A DNA stretch of 64,000 nucleotides from Chlorokybus atmophyticus. Taxonomy: Eukaryota > Plantae > Mesostigma and Chlorokybus algae. Below, piece by piece: positions 37,819-49,661 of this stretch (position 1 is the stretch's first letter; each line of letters starts with the position of its first letter). The position numbers and the translations under genes were made by a program. The stretch is from contig RHPI01003041.1 of NCBI GenBank assembly GCA_009103225.1, positions 267,439 to 331,438 on the forward strand. Reading direction: 5' to 3'. A model generated the notes under the pieces. The model was not told where the DNA came from, did no database searches, and saw nothing but the letters and a program-made list of their open reading frames with translations.

Positions 37819-40800
37819 GGCAGCCAGCGCTCCTTTGCCTGCTGGATCCGGAGAACCCCCTCCTTGCCCTCTCCCTCTGCCGAACCGACCTTGTCGAGGT
37901 GGTTGGTAGACACGGGGGGGGCCTCGGTGCTGGAGGTTCCGGCGCCGGTTGTGGTGGCGGCGCAGGTGGATGACGCCTCTGCGAAGCTGGAATCATGCCC
38001 GCAGGCGTACCCAGTGGCTGTGGAGGGAACCCCGGCGGACCCGGTGTTTGTGGGCCTGCCTCGCGTTCAGCTTGCTCCGCGGCGTACGTCCATCGCACAG
38101 CATGAGCCGCTTCTCTGACCAATGTCCCTTCCCACGTGGCCGTGGGCTCGGTGTCCGTGTCGGTCCAATGATGATATTGAGGCATGGGCTGCAGGTATAC
38201 GGCGCGTAGTAGCTGTCGCCGCATGTCGTGAGTAATGGTGGGGACTCGTAGGATCCCTGCCATGTAGGCATCCCACCTTCCTGGTACCACTCCCACATCG
38301 AGCACAATCATGGCGCGAGCACGTAGGGTGCGCTGGAGGTCAGTCTGCTGTGCGTGTAGCTCATGAGCAATGGCGATGCGCCGCCGTTGCCATGCGGCTT
38401 CCACCCCTGGCAGCCGAAGCATTGCCTCTTGCACTCCCTCCAGCGTGTCCGGGGCTGTGGTGGCAGCCTCGTCGTATGCTTGTCGCAGCAAACGAACGAA
38501 TGCCCCCAACCATGATGCTCGGTTGCCAAAGGCAAACAGGGGGACAGCCGGGTGATTGGCAACGAGCCATGTCACGAGACGAGCTCGAGCGGCGCTGCCC
38601 TCTTGCATCCCCATCATCTGTCTTAATGTGTTGCCCTCAGGCCTGTGCAACATGACTGCTTGCCGGATGAGTGCGGTACGGAGTTGTTGCTCCCCCACCA
38701 TACCAGCTCCTCCTCGTTGTGTGGTGTCCCCTTGCGGGGTGAGGTACCCTCGCCCTGCATCGCGTTGATCCTCAGGCATGTCTTCGACCAAAGGAGGCAG
38801 CAGCGGGGCGATTACTCCCCTCAATTGTTGCGCCAACGCCCTCGCTTGGTCTGCAACAGTTGCGTGTCCCGACTGCTCGATGGCGATCGCCGTGGAGTGT
38901 GCTGTGGTCGGCGCCGTGGAGGCGCTGGCAACATGTGCTGGCGTTACGGTGGGTACGATAACGGCGTGTGCTGCTTCGTACGCTTGTCGGCGCGCGTCCA
39001 CTTGGGCAGCTTAGTCCATGCGATACCGATGGGCTTGTTCGAGTGCAGAGAAACGCTCTTGACGATTGCCTGGAGTGAGCCCCCGGAGAGCGGGATCAGC
39101 GCCCAGCGCGATGTCAGACATCGTGACCACGAGGTCTTGCAGTTTGTGTCGCTGGAGGCCGAGTGGGTCCAGTGGTGAAGGCTCGAAGTCGATCTGTTGA
39201 GCGGGCATGGGCTGTCGCGATTGACTGGGTGCGCCCTGCGACCGTGCGTGTAATGCCAGGAATAACTGGATGGCCAGTTCCAACACCGCAGGTCGGCGAT
39301 AGGTGACCCCGAACAGACGATCCCTCATCTCTGGTGCAGTACCGGCGAGGATTTCATCCTCCAGCTGCTGTTGTGTGGGTTCCGGCAGCGTGTGGTATTC
39401 TGGCGGTGGTAGGGGCAAGATGCGATCATCGCGTGCCACGCGCGTGGTGCGTTGCCCCCCTGGTCCGTACGCAATAGTGGTGGGCTCCACGTTGCGTAGA
39501 ATCGACGCCCAGGCGCGTTCTGCTTGAGGCCCGCGTGGCACTTGCTGTGTGACGTCCAATGCTGGTGGCGGTGCCGTCCGGCCCTCAGGAAGTGGTGCGG
39601 TGGGTATGGCAGCACTACTGGAGGCGATGGTGGTGGCACCTGCCGCAGTTGTCGTCACTGAGGTGGCGGCTGTGAGGGTGGCAGCAGTTGCGGTTAATGT
39701 GGTCGCTCCGATGGAGGCAGGAGTGGTGGATTCACCACTTACGAACCCAACGACCATGGTTGCTGCGGCGTGGGTGCTCTCCATCACCGGGAACAGCGTG
39801 GTGCCAAGAATGCTGACACCTGCTGTCGTGGTCGGTGTGGACGCCGACGGTGTCGTCGACGGCGTCGTCCCAGCGGTGGTTGTGGCTGCCGAGGCAGCAT
39901 CACTTGTGGCGTCCGACGATGCCGCTGTTGACGACGCGCCAGCTTCCCTTCGCGCCCGTCTGGATGGTTGTACGCGTGACGGCGTGGGAGTGTCCCTATC
40001 CCATTTCGGTGCCATCAATGCCCACCTAGCAGCATAGCAGGCTTGATAGTCCTGCTCCTTGTTTTCCTCCAGCTGTGCCACGCGCGCCATCAGGGCTGCC
40101 ACTTGGTCGATAGCTGGTGGATTGGTTGGTGCCTTTACAGCAGCAGCTCCAGCGCGAGGACGTCCCTCAAGTCCTTTGTGCTGTGGAGGGCGGTTTTTCC
40201 CTCTATAGCCAGCTTCTTCCTTGCGGCCGCCAGCGTTGTTGTTGTTGTTGGGGTTGTGGCCACCAGCGTTGTTGCCGTTGTTGCGACCACCAGCGTTGTT
40301 GCTGTTGTTGTGGCCGCCAGCGTGGTTGCTGTTGTTGTAGCCCCCGTTGTTGTTGTGGTTGTTGTGGCCGCGGTAGCCAACAGCGTTGTTGCTGTTGTTG
40401 TAGCCAATAGGGGGCCGCAGCTCAGGGAACTTGAGCCAGCATACTGTCTCCAAGTGTCCCGTCTTGTGGCAGTGGTCGCACACAAGGTTGCCGTAATCTT
40501 CGGTGCACTCCTTTTGGTAGTGGCCATGTCGACCACACCGGTGGCACAGCACTGGAGCCACAAGGGCAGCATGAGCTGACCGTTTATCCTTGTGGTGGAT
40601 GCCTTGCGGCTCTCGGCTGCGGTCCCGCCGAAGAGGCTCTGCACTTGTGCCTGCCATAGGCCGTGAGGCACTGCGGTTGGTGTCCAGCACCGCTTTCTCA
40701 TACACTGCGCGCTTATGGATGGCTTGTGCAGTCTCGAAAGCTTCCTTGAGGGTGTAGCCAAGGGGCCTGCTGTAGTTCAGAGTCAGGCGTGTCGACTCGC

Positions 40801-41830
40801 TCAGAGCAGCATCCAACTCATTGACGTATATCACTGCAGCAGCCTCCTCACTGACAATCCTGTAGTCAGTGTCCTTCAGCAGACCTTCCAGTCTGGAGTA
40901 CAAGCGGAGGGGATCCTCATTGGGCTTGCGTCGGAAGCGTCTCAGCTCCTCAACCTTGCTGGTGGTCTGAGGAGGGAAGGTGCGGCGCAGGGCAGCGTAC
41001 AGGTCCTTGAGTGGCGAATCAGAGATGGCAGCACCTACGGAGATGGCTGGTGCGCGCAGTGCTACTGACCCGAGGGTGAAGGTACTGCCTCCCGCACGAG
41101 AGCCAGGTGTTGCCGGAGGTAGAGGAGTACCCCACTCTGCGGCTGCCGCTTGCTGTGCAGCTCTTTGTTCCTCAATGATGACGGCAGAACGGTCAAGGAT
41201 GCGGACTCGACGTGTGGCCTCCTTGGACTCAACTTCTGCAGGGGTCAAGTTGACAAGTACCAACTCCGGTTCCTCCTCCTCTGCCTGCTTGAGAGCTGCA
41301 GCTATGGACAAGCCTGTTACTGCAACTGAAGTGGCAGGTGGAACGACACCTGTTGGACGGTGCAGCGATGCAGATGCTATGGTGCTGGCAAGCTCGCCAT
41401 AGCCGTCTACTCGATGCAGTTCAGCAACGGACTTCCAGACATCGTGTGCTTCATAATCAAGATACTGAGCAGCAATGTGGAAAGAGATCTCATCTGACCA
41501 GTCTTTGTTCTTCAGTGCTTGCTGCCGCATCTTGGAGTGGAACTTGATGATGAACTCATCCAGCGAGGTGGTGCCGGCACGTCCGGAGAAGCGCAGGGAT
41601 GTGGTTGAACTGGAAGACTCCATCTCGTTGTCGTCGCTGTCCGATGATAGTGGAGAAGCTTGATGACGAGGAGTAGAGTGGAGCGGGGTGAAGCCGGAGA
41701 TGGAGCGCGAGCCTCTGCTGCTGCGGTCGATGCTCCCGTCACTGGTCCGCTCGTAGGTGAGGTTGGTGGTTGGGCTCCAACTGCTGAGGTCACCCTCGTC
41801 TATTGGGGAGAACGGGGTGGGCCTGCTCAT
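37796..41830 (-). pseudogene. Gag-like ORF with two zinc knuckles, Asn/Gly and Thr-rich tracts and an unknown C-terminal domain; one in-frame TAA at 39011-39013
   Basis: CHRCGRHGHYQKEC and CDHCHKTGHLETVC. ORFs 39011-41830 and 37796-39001 share a frame. Confidence 0.85.
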
Positions 41831-42030
41831 ACAGCTGGTGCGATGGTGAAAGTGGAATGAAGGGTAGAGTGTTTGTGTTCTACAATGGGATCTCCAGTGC
41901 TGCTATCACCCAACACACTAGCGCTTGTGCGCGCTATGCGATGACGGTGACAACACTGCACTGTGATGTGTACAACTACAGATTGCGATGCTGATGTACA
42001 GCTTGCAACTACACTTACTTGAGCAAAGAG

Positions 42031-42045
42031 GGTGACACTGTAAGT
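42031..42045 (-). other. Candidate self-priming primer-binding site
   Basis: Exact 15-nt reverse complement of 42322-42336. No TGG tRNA-type PBS follows the repeat. Confidence 0.7.
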
Positions 42046-42646
42046 CAACAAGCCACTACTATGGGTAGTGCTGTTTACACAGTTCTTTGCGTGAGTGGGA
42101 GAGAAATTACACTGTTAAGTGAGGTGAATGAGCAAGCAACACGTGGATGCTATGCCCTGACTGATGCCAACAAGCACACCGCGACCAAGTACACAAAGCT
42201 CACAGCAAGAACAAGCACAGTGCACAAGAACATGCACAGGCTCTCACACGGTGAGGGGATTCTTGGGAACCAGGACGGTGTGTTCGTAGTTCAAGTCGCT
42301 TCACAAGCTCTTAGCTTTCTCACTTACAGTGTCACCAGCTGATCCGGTGAACACTGTGCCTACTTATACAAGTCAACTCATGACTGTCCAGAACATAAGC
42401 TAACGGTCATATCGAGGCTATTTCTACAGGAAATGCCCACTCGATATAAAACCGGACTTATAACTGAACTCACAACTGAACAGCTACGCGCGGTGCCTAT
42501 GCAGGCTATGGTCACGAGCTACTCTAGGGACATGACCTAGCTACTGGTCAGAGGCGCGCGCGGGTTGCCATGCTGGTAAGCCGGGCGAGGGTCTCGCTGT
42601 AGGCATGCCCGATGACGACTGGCATGCTTGGGCGATAGGCATGACA
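42039..42646. repeat. Repeat A, terminal 5' copy (A1); LTR-like, TGT...ACA, 608 bp
   Basis: Direct repeat of 31763-32366. Contains TATAAG on the minus strand at 42368-42363. Confidence 0.95.
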
Positions 42647-43087
42647 CATCACGTAATGCCATATATTCAATATGTACGTCATGTGTCCACACATATCCTG
42701 GCTTATATGTCATGGAAGCACATATAAACACTGTTTTTTTGCGCATTGTAAGTTTCAAGCGTCATGCATAATGCAAGTGCTGAGGTAAGTTATTAGCAAT
42801 TACCATTACAATGTACAAGTAACATGTTATAGCAACACGTCATTGCAATGTCCTCTTGCTATGCACAAGTTTCAGATGGGCGCCTCCACCACTTGCTGTT
42901 ATTCTCACCAGCGCATGATGCATATCTCATGCGCAGATAGCAACTCAACCCCATAAATATGTTGTTTGTGTAAGTCAATTTGCTTTGCTGTTGTGCTGCG
43001 TTGCTTGCTATGCACGTTGCTTGCTGACTTTTATTGCTATACCCAATGTCTTGCTGATCCAAATTGGGCCATTTGGCATGTATGCTA

Positions 43088-43597
43088 CAGTCTACCCCCT
43101 TTAAGAGCATACCCTTTAATCTCTGCTATCTTATGCTCTTGGCGGGGTAATTCTCTTGACGTCCAAGAGCATAACATGCTCTTGGACTTCAAGAGTTTAT
43201 GCTCTGAACACCCAAGAGCATAACGTTTATGCTTTTGGGTGTTCAGAGCATAAACATGCTTTAAGCGCGGTTTCATCATGCCCATCACGCCCATCACGTC
43301 ACCCTCGTCGCGTCGTCACGTTAATTACGCTGATTGCGCGTCATACCTTGCCTATCACGCCCTAATCGTCACGTTCATTACGCCATTATGCCACACCCGT
43401 CACGTTTCTTCCCTCGATGTTAGGAATATGCACACTCAGATTTGCAAGAATGTCATGAAAAAAGAATACTCTCTTCGCGGTTAATCATAATCTCTTGAGC
43501 ATCAACTTGCCTGTAAAACCATTGGTAATCTGACATTCTATACTGTTAGCGGGGTTATTCTCTTGGAGCGAAGTCTCTTAGCGGGGGTAGACTTTAG
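43088..43597. mobile_element. 510-bp non-autonomous Tc1/mariner/pogo-type element (MITE)
   Basis: TA|CAGTCTACCCCCTTTAAGAG ... CTCTTAGCGGGGGTAGACTT|TA gives ~20-bp imperfect terminal inverted repeats with TA on both sides. No ORF. Confidence 0.7.
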
Positions 43598-44284
43598 TCA
43601 TTACAACATGCCGTGCAAGCCACAACATGTCGTTGAAGCGTTTGGCATCATTTGGACTTATCGAAGTCATACATAATGACTCAGACGCACCTCAACACGT
43701 GTCAGAACTTGGGAGCACCAAAGCGTCCCACGTGACGAAATGTTGCCGCAAATCTCAACCGTCAACGCCGCATCGTCACCGTCAACGTGGCTCGACCCCG
43801 ATCCGCTGTGCGCGACGCGCGCAAAACTGGCCCGATCCATGGTTTCCGAACTGGTTCAAGCTGGACCGCCTCTGCACTTAGAGTGAAGGTGAAACCCTCG
43901 CCGGCGAGGCAGCGGTCAACTAGCGCCCATTCACCGTGCTATTGGCCGAGGATAGTGGGAGTTTCGCTGGTTGCATTCGGCTTCAAGGAGAATGAGGGTC
44001 CGAATTTGACCGGTAAGCCATAGCTTGGCTCTGCTTAGAGCTTGCTCTGTCAGCGGCGGTGTGGGAGGTGTGGTTGTCCGGGTTGGCGCGGTGGTGTTAT
44101 TCTGCGGCTTGCAGGCTGCGGATTGGGAGAGGAGTGTGCGCGTGTGGTGGGAGTGCTACTGCTGACGCCGGTGAAAGCGCTGAGGCCGCGTGCCCGGCCG
44201 CCCACCCCGCCTTGCCTGACTGATTTGACCGTGCCTACGGTCCAAAGGACCTGCCCGGCAGCTTGACCAGCTAGGCTTTCAGCA

Positions 44285-45510
<1,226 letters not shown>

Positions 45511-45859
45511 GTGCGCGCGCGCTCAGCCTATGGCAAATGCTGAAGTGTCATGTATCTTGCTGGCCCTGCTACAGCCGATCCCCATTTGTAATCAGTAGCA
45601 GCCTGCCTTCCCCCGCATAGGCACTTCCTCCCTCAGCTGGAGCTACTGTTACCAGTGTTCTGGTTTCCTAGTTGGCTACTTGGTTTTGCCAGGCCCACGT
45701 TGCTGTAGTGCTGTGTACATAGTCTTAGTAGTTGTACATCCTTTCAACCTGTCCCTTTTCTCTATGGTACTGATGGTTTATGTTGTTGTGTGCTGTTCAG
45801 TCAGCGCCGCCATGTGGCAAGCGCATGTCTTGGGTTTTGTATCTATTGTGGTAGCACAA

Positions 45860-46570
45860 GTGGATCGCTCAGTTATCTTCTGTGTCTAAGCATGTGTGCG
45901 GATGAACACCGATTGCATTCAATTCTTGTAATATATATGGTTGAATGGCAATTAGAATTAACAATCTCCCATGCTGCACATACACAGCGGGCAATGCTGT
46001 GCATGTACAAACCATGCGAAGCGGATCACCCATGCATGATGATGGTCTCAGCAATCAGAGTGTGTTGGCGAATAACGTCGCATATCTTGATTGTGGTGGT
46101 GTTGTCAATCTTTCAATACAAACCACTAGTGCGTCGTGACTAACCATCCTCATTTCAGTCAGCACGGCCACGCAAGCAAGGGCATGTGAGCAGTATAGCT
46201 TTTTAAGTCAAGTTGTCATACAGCCCTGCGCATATCCTGTATAAGTGGATCGCTCAGTTATCGATGGTGTCTACGCATGTGTGCGGATGAACACTCATTG
46301 CCTTCGTGTGACAATTGGGGTTAGTGGCAGCATGACTTTCCAATCTCCTGCCATGCAGCACATACACAAGCGTGCAATGCCTGTACATGCATGACTGATT
46401 GTTGCACAGTGTTGGCACAACGCTTTGCACAAGTGAGCATGAATGCGGGTTGACTTATACTCTATGCATGTACAAGCATTAATGCAATTCGCGCCAAAAT
46501 TCCTGGTGGTGTTCTCTACCTTCATACGCAAACTTCTATAGCTGCGTTATGACTAACTTGTCCACCCTCA
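45860..46570. repeat. Degenerate ~380-bp tandem duplication
   Basis: AGTGGATCGCTCAGTTATC...GCATGTGTGCGGATGAACAC occurs at about 45860 and 46244, followed by further colinear matches. Confidence 0.7.
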
Positions 46571-48365
46571 CCAACTACAGCGCCTTATCAACAGCAACAA
46601 CCATCGATCAATGCGCTGTAGATGACAATGACATGGACAAGGCAAACATAGACACCATCATGACCAAACCCGAGCATTCAACAATTGGGAAGGCTTATGC
46701 ACAAGGCAACGGTATAGTCTAGAGTGTAAAACGGTGCAGGCTCTATATACAAATGTACATGAGTGCATACAGCGCGTACCTCGCTCACTATCAAACAGTC
46801 ACTAACACATATACCCCAGCTCCACACCCACGCCCACACCCACCACTCCGCTCACCACACCACACCGCACCACACCACCAACCCAGCACACCCACAAGAA
46901 GTCCGCCTGAACAAACATCTGCCCTGTGTACATGAGTTGGAGGCAGGTGGCTCTCATACTTGATGCTCTTCTTCAAGGAAGCTTGGCACTCTCAATTATC
47001 ATGAGTTCCAGGACTACAATTACAGAGACAACAGCCTGTATGTTTACCAAGGTGGTAATCAACTCGCGGCCTTGTCGCAGCTCTTCACACCACTCGGCAA
47101 GCGAACCGCACACAGTCGTCCTGAAATCTGCAATGCCTATGTGCAGTTCACGGGTATGTGCATCGATGGAATCCCACCTTTCGCTAAAGTCACGGGCGAA
47201 AGTCTCCGCCCGCGCCTGCAGAATAGACAATTAGACGCTTGAACTTGCAAGCAAAGGTTGAGTGATCATTAGCTTTATGTCAACAACAAAATACTTGTGG
47301 TCAAGCTTGTCAACTCTTGATGCACGTACCTTCGTCTCCAAGTCGAGTCGCTTCTCATACTCGGCATACCGTGCCATCTCCTCTTGCCACTGCGCATAAT
47401 ATGCCCACAATATCATTGCCCATGCAGGCATACTGCGTGCGCATGGATAGACGACTTCTGTGTAGGCAACGCAGCAAACCTCATACTTAGAAATACCTGT
47501 CTTTCAAGCCGCATGCGCCGTTCGGCGGCACCACACCTTGCCAGCTTGTCCGGCTGGGAGGCGGATGCAGAGACCGTGCGCTGATTGCATGGGCGGCGGG
47601 AGGAAACGCTACCGCCACCTGTGGAAGACGAACGATGCAGGCCCACCACAACGTCACTGCCTACATGCGCTGTGAACGCCATCCTACGACGCCGCCACAG
47701 TCAAAGCGACCAGCAGGCTTCCCTCGCCCCCCCACTCAGGCCGCTGCCGCCGCCGCGCAAGCCAACAATTTGCTGTAGCCGGAGAGAGTGGCGACCGCAG
47801 ATAACAACGCCGGCGCACAAGGCCACTGCCCAAGGCGGCAACCGCTTCACAACCCTGCCAACCAGGCAGCAAACGCCAGCACAATGCGACGCAAACCCAC
47901 AACGCAACCGAGAAACACGCCGACAAGCCGTGCCCTCAAAGTGCGCGGCATACGGCGCACCCGCAACCGAAGACGGCTCCCCTGCAGCTCATCCTCGAAG
48001 CCGTCTGATTGGGCGGACAAGAAGAGCTCTTAAGTGTGAAGGTTGTTTACAAGAGTCGCCACACCTACACACACATCCATACGTGCACGCGCATGTGCAA
48101 GGAAGTTTGCCTGCCATGCAAAGCACGGAACGTCTGCCAACGTCCAGAAGCACTTCAACCAATGCGCTTGCCCGTGCGACAGCTTCCTTCAGACACAGCC
48201 TCCAGCCTCCTTCAGCGAGCAACATACACAAGACATACACAACATGTCAGCAGTGTCACAACTCAACTCGCCATCAAGTACCAAGCACCGAGACTAGTTG
48301 ATTACATATAGATAAACTCTCACCTTCAGCATGGCAGGCAGCACTTGTAGCAAGCTGGCTAACTC

Positions 48366-49661
48366 TCATGACTCTGAGTTGGTCTCCTTCACATCTGGTT
48401 CAGCACTGCTGCCTGTCGTTGATGGGTTGGAATCTTGCAGTGCGGTTTGATACACCACTGCATGAGACTCGTTTATTGTAAGCAGCTTGCTTTCGGGTTG
48501 ATGCGTGCAATGGTTTTTCATTGATGACATACTGAGCGCAAGCCTCGATGAAGCCATCTTCCACGCGGTCGTATAATATAATGCAAGGAGGTGCCTCACA
48601 TCCGTTGCTGCGTACTCTTTCTGCGCGTCGGTGAGTGGGCGCTTGTCCCACATGGAGTGGTCTATCGCTGCCTTGTGTGGGTTGATGGGGAGACTGTGCT
48701 TGTTCAACAGACTGCTGTGACGCTCTTGCTGTGCACTTGCGCTTACTGTGGGCATACGGGGCATCAACGACCACAGCACATGCCCATCACATGCAACCAC
48801 AACTTGCATAACCCAACATTACACAACACAACATGTAGAGGGCTGGGTAGTTGGAATGCTGAATGAACAGATGCGTACCTCATTGGTTAGCTGGTGAAGG
48901 ACTTGAGTGTTGACGACATTGCGCATGATGATGCCGAACTGCTGGTGCAACGCTGCAACGTGTGGCCTTGCATCATGAAACACCTGCGGTGAGTCACAGC
49001 GAGGCATTGTGCATGCACGCTGCAGAGCTGGTATGGTTGTGCACTTTGCGCATGTGTGGGCTCTCCAACAACCAGCGAACAACGTCCGCACTGGCCCCCA
49101 ACAGACTGTGCAGCGATCAGATCAAAGAGGTAGATTGCACTGGAGTCCACATTGGAGGCAACCTGTGCACGACAAGATGCAGCCAGCACTCTCACAGTGG
49201 CCACTACAGCCAAGCGCCTACTGATTGTGTGTTCGTGTGTAGAATGTCTGTGTGCACGCGCGTGCGTGTGCATGCGTGCGTGCATGCGCACATGTGTGCC
49301 TGTACGCACGCGCGTATTTTGCTGCTACGCGAGAGAGTCTTGATGTGTCAGAATGCGTTTGTCTTTGTCGACATGGGTGTGGCTGTGTGTGTTCGTGTGC
49401 GTGCATGCATGATCACTGTAGAAGCTTGCCCGTGCTTGTGCGTGTATGCAGGCGTGTGTGTACGTGCATGCGACTGTCACCAACGGTAGCACGCACCTGT
49501 AGCAGACACGCCCGACTGGCTGTTGAGTCTGTGCCTTTGCAATCAACCGCAACCTCAGAAGACTTGTCAAGCCATATGCAGGCAGAGTCACATTCGTAAC
49601 CATCTGTGTCTATCAGCACCATACGCGGCTCAGATGGTAATGGCAGTGATGATGGCTCCAA
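48366..49661 (-). pseudogene. EXD1/Egalitarian-like DEDD 3'-5' exonuclease, degenerate
   Basis: VAVDCKG...CLLQ|V, IYLFDL, LLESPHMRK|VFHDAR, LHQQFGI.MRNVVNTQ and WDKRPLT...YAATDVRHLLALY. There is a frameshift in a G run near 49095 and the catalytic acidic residues are changed. Confidence 0.72.

Larger units (their letters stand above)
31534..42646 (-). mobile_element. 11,113-bp Ty3/gypsy-type retrotransposon with split direct repeats, carrying a DNA methyltransferase and a PHD-integrase
   Basis: Ends are TGTC...GACA, with CATC on both flanks (31530-31533, 42647-42650). Domain order is gag-PR-(MTase)-RT-RH-IN. The repeat pairs are listed as separate features. Confidence 0.92.

Noticed and set aside
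31534-42646. Classification as a DIRS/PAT/Ngaro tyrosine-recombinase element
   Set aside because: No R-H-R-Y recombinase motif was seen, RT/RH are gypsy-type, a full H2C2-DDE integrase is present and there is a 4-bp target duplication.
43088-43260. AGAGCATA repeats as a CRISPR-like array
   Set aside because: The repeats alternate in orientation, lack unique equal-length spacers and lie in a eukaryotic MITE, with no cas genes nearby.
43780-44280. GC-rich block with small palindromes (e.g. CCTCGCCGGCGAGG) as a structured ncRNA
   Set aside because: No recognisable tRNA, snRNA or SRP motifs. It is more simply the ATG8 promoter and 5' UTR.
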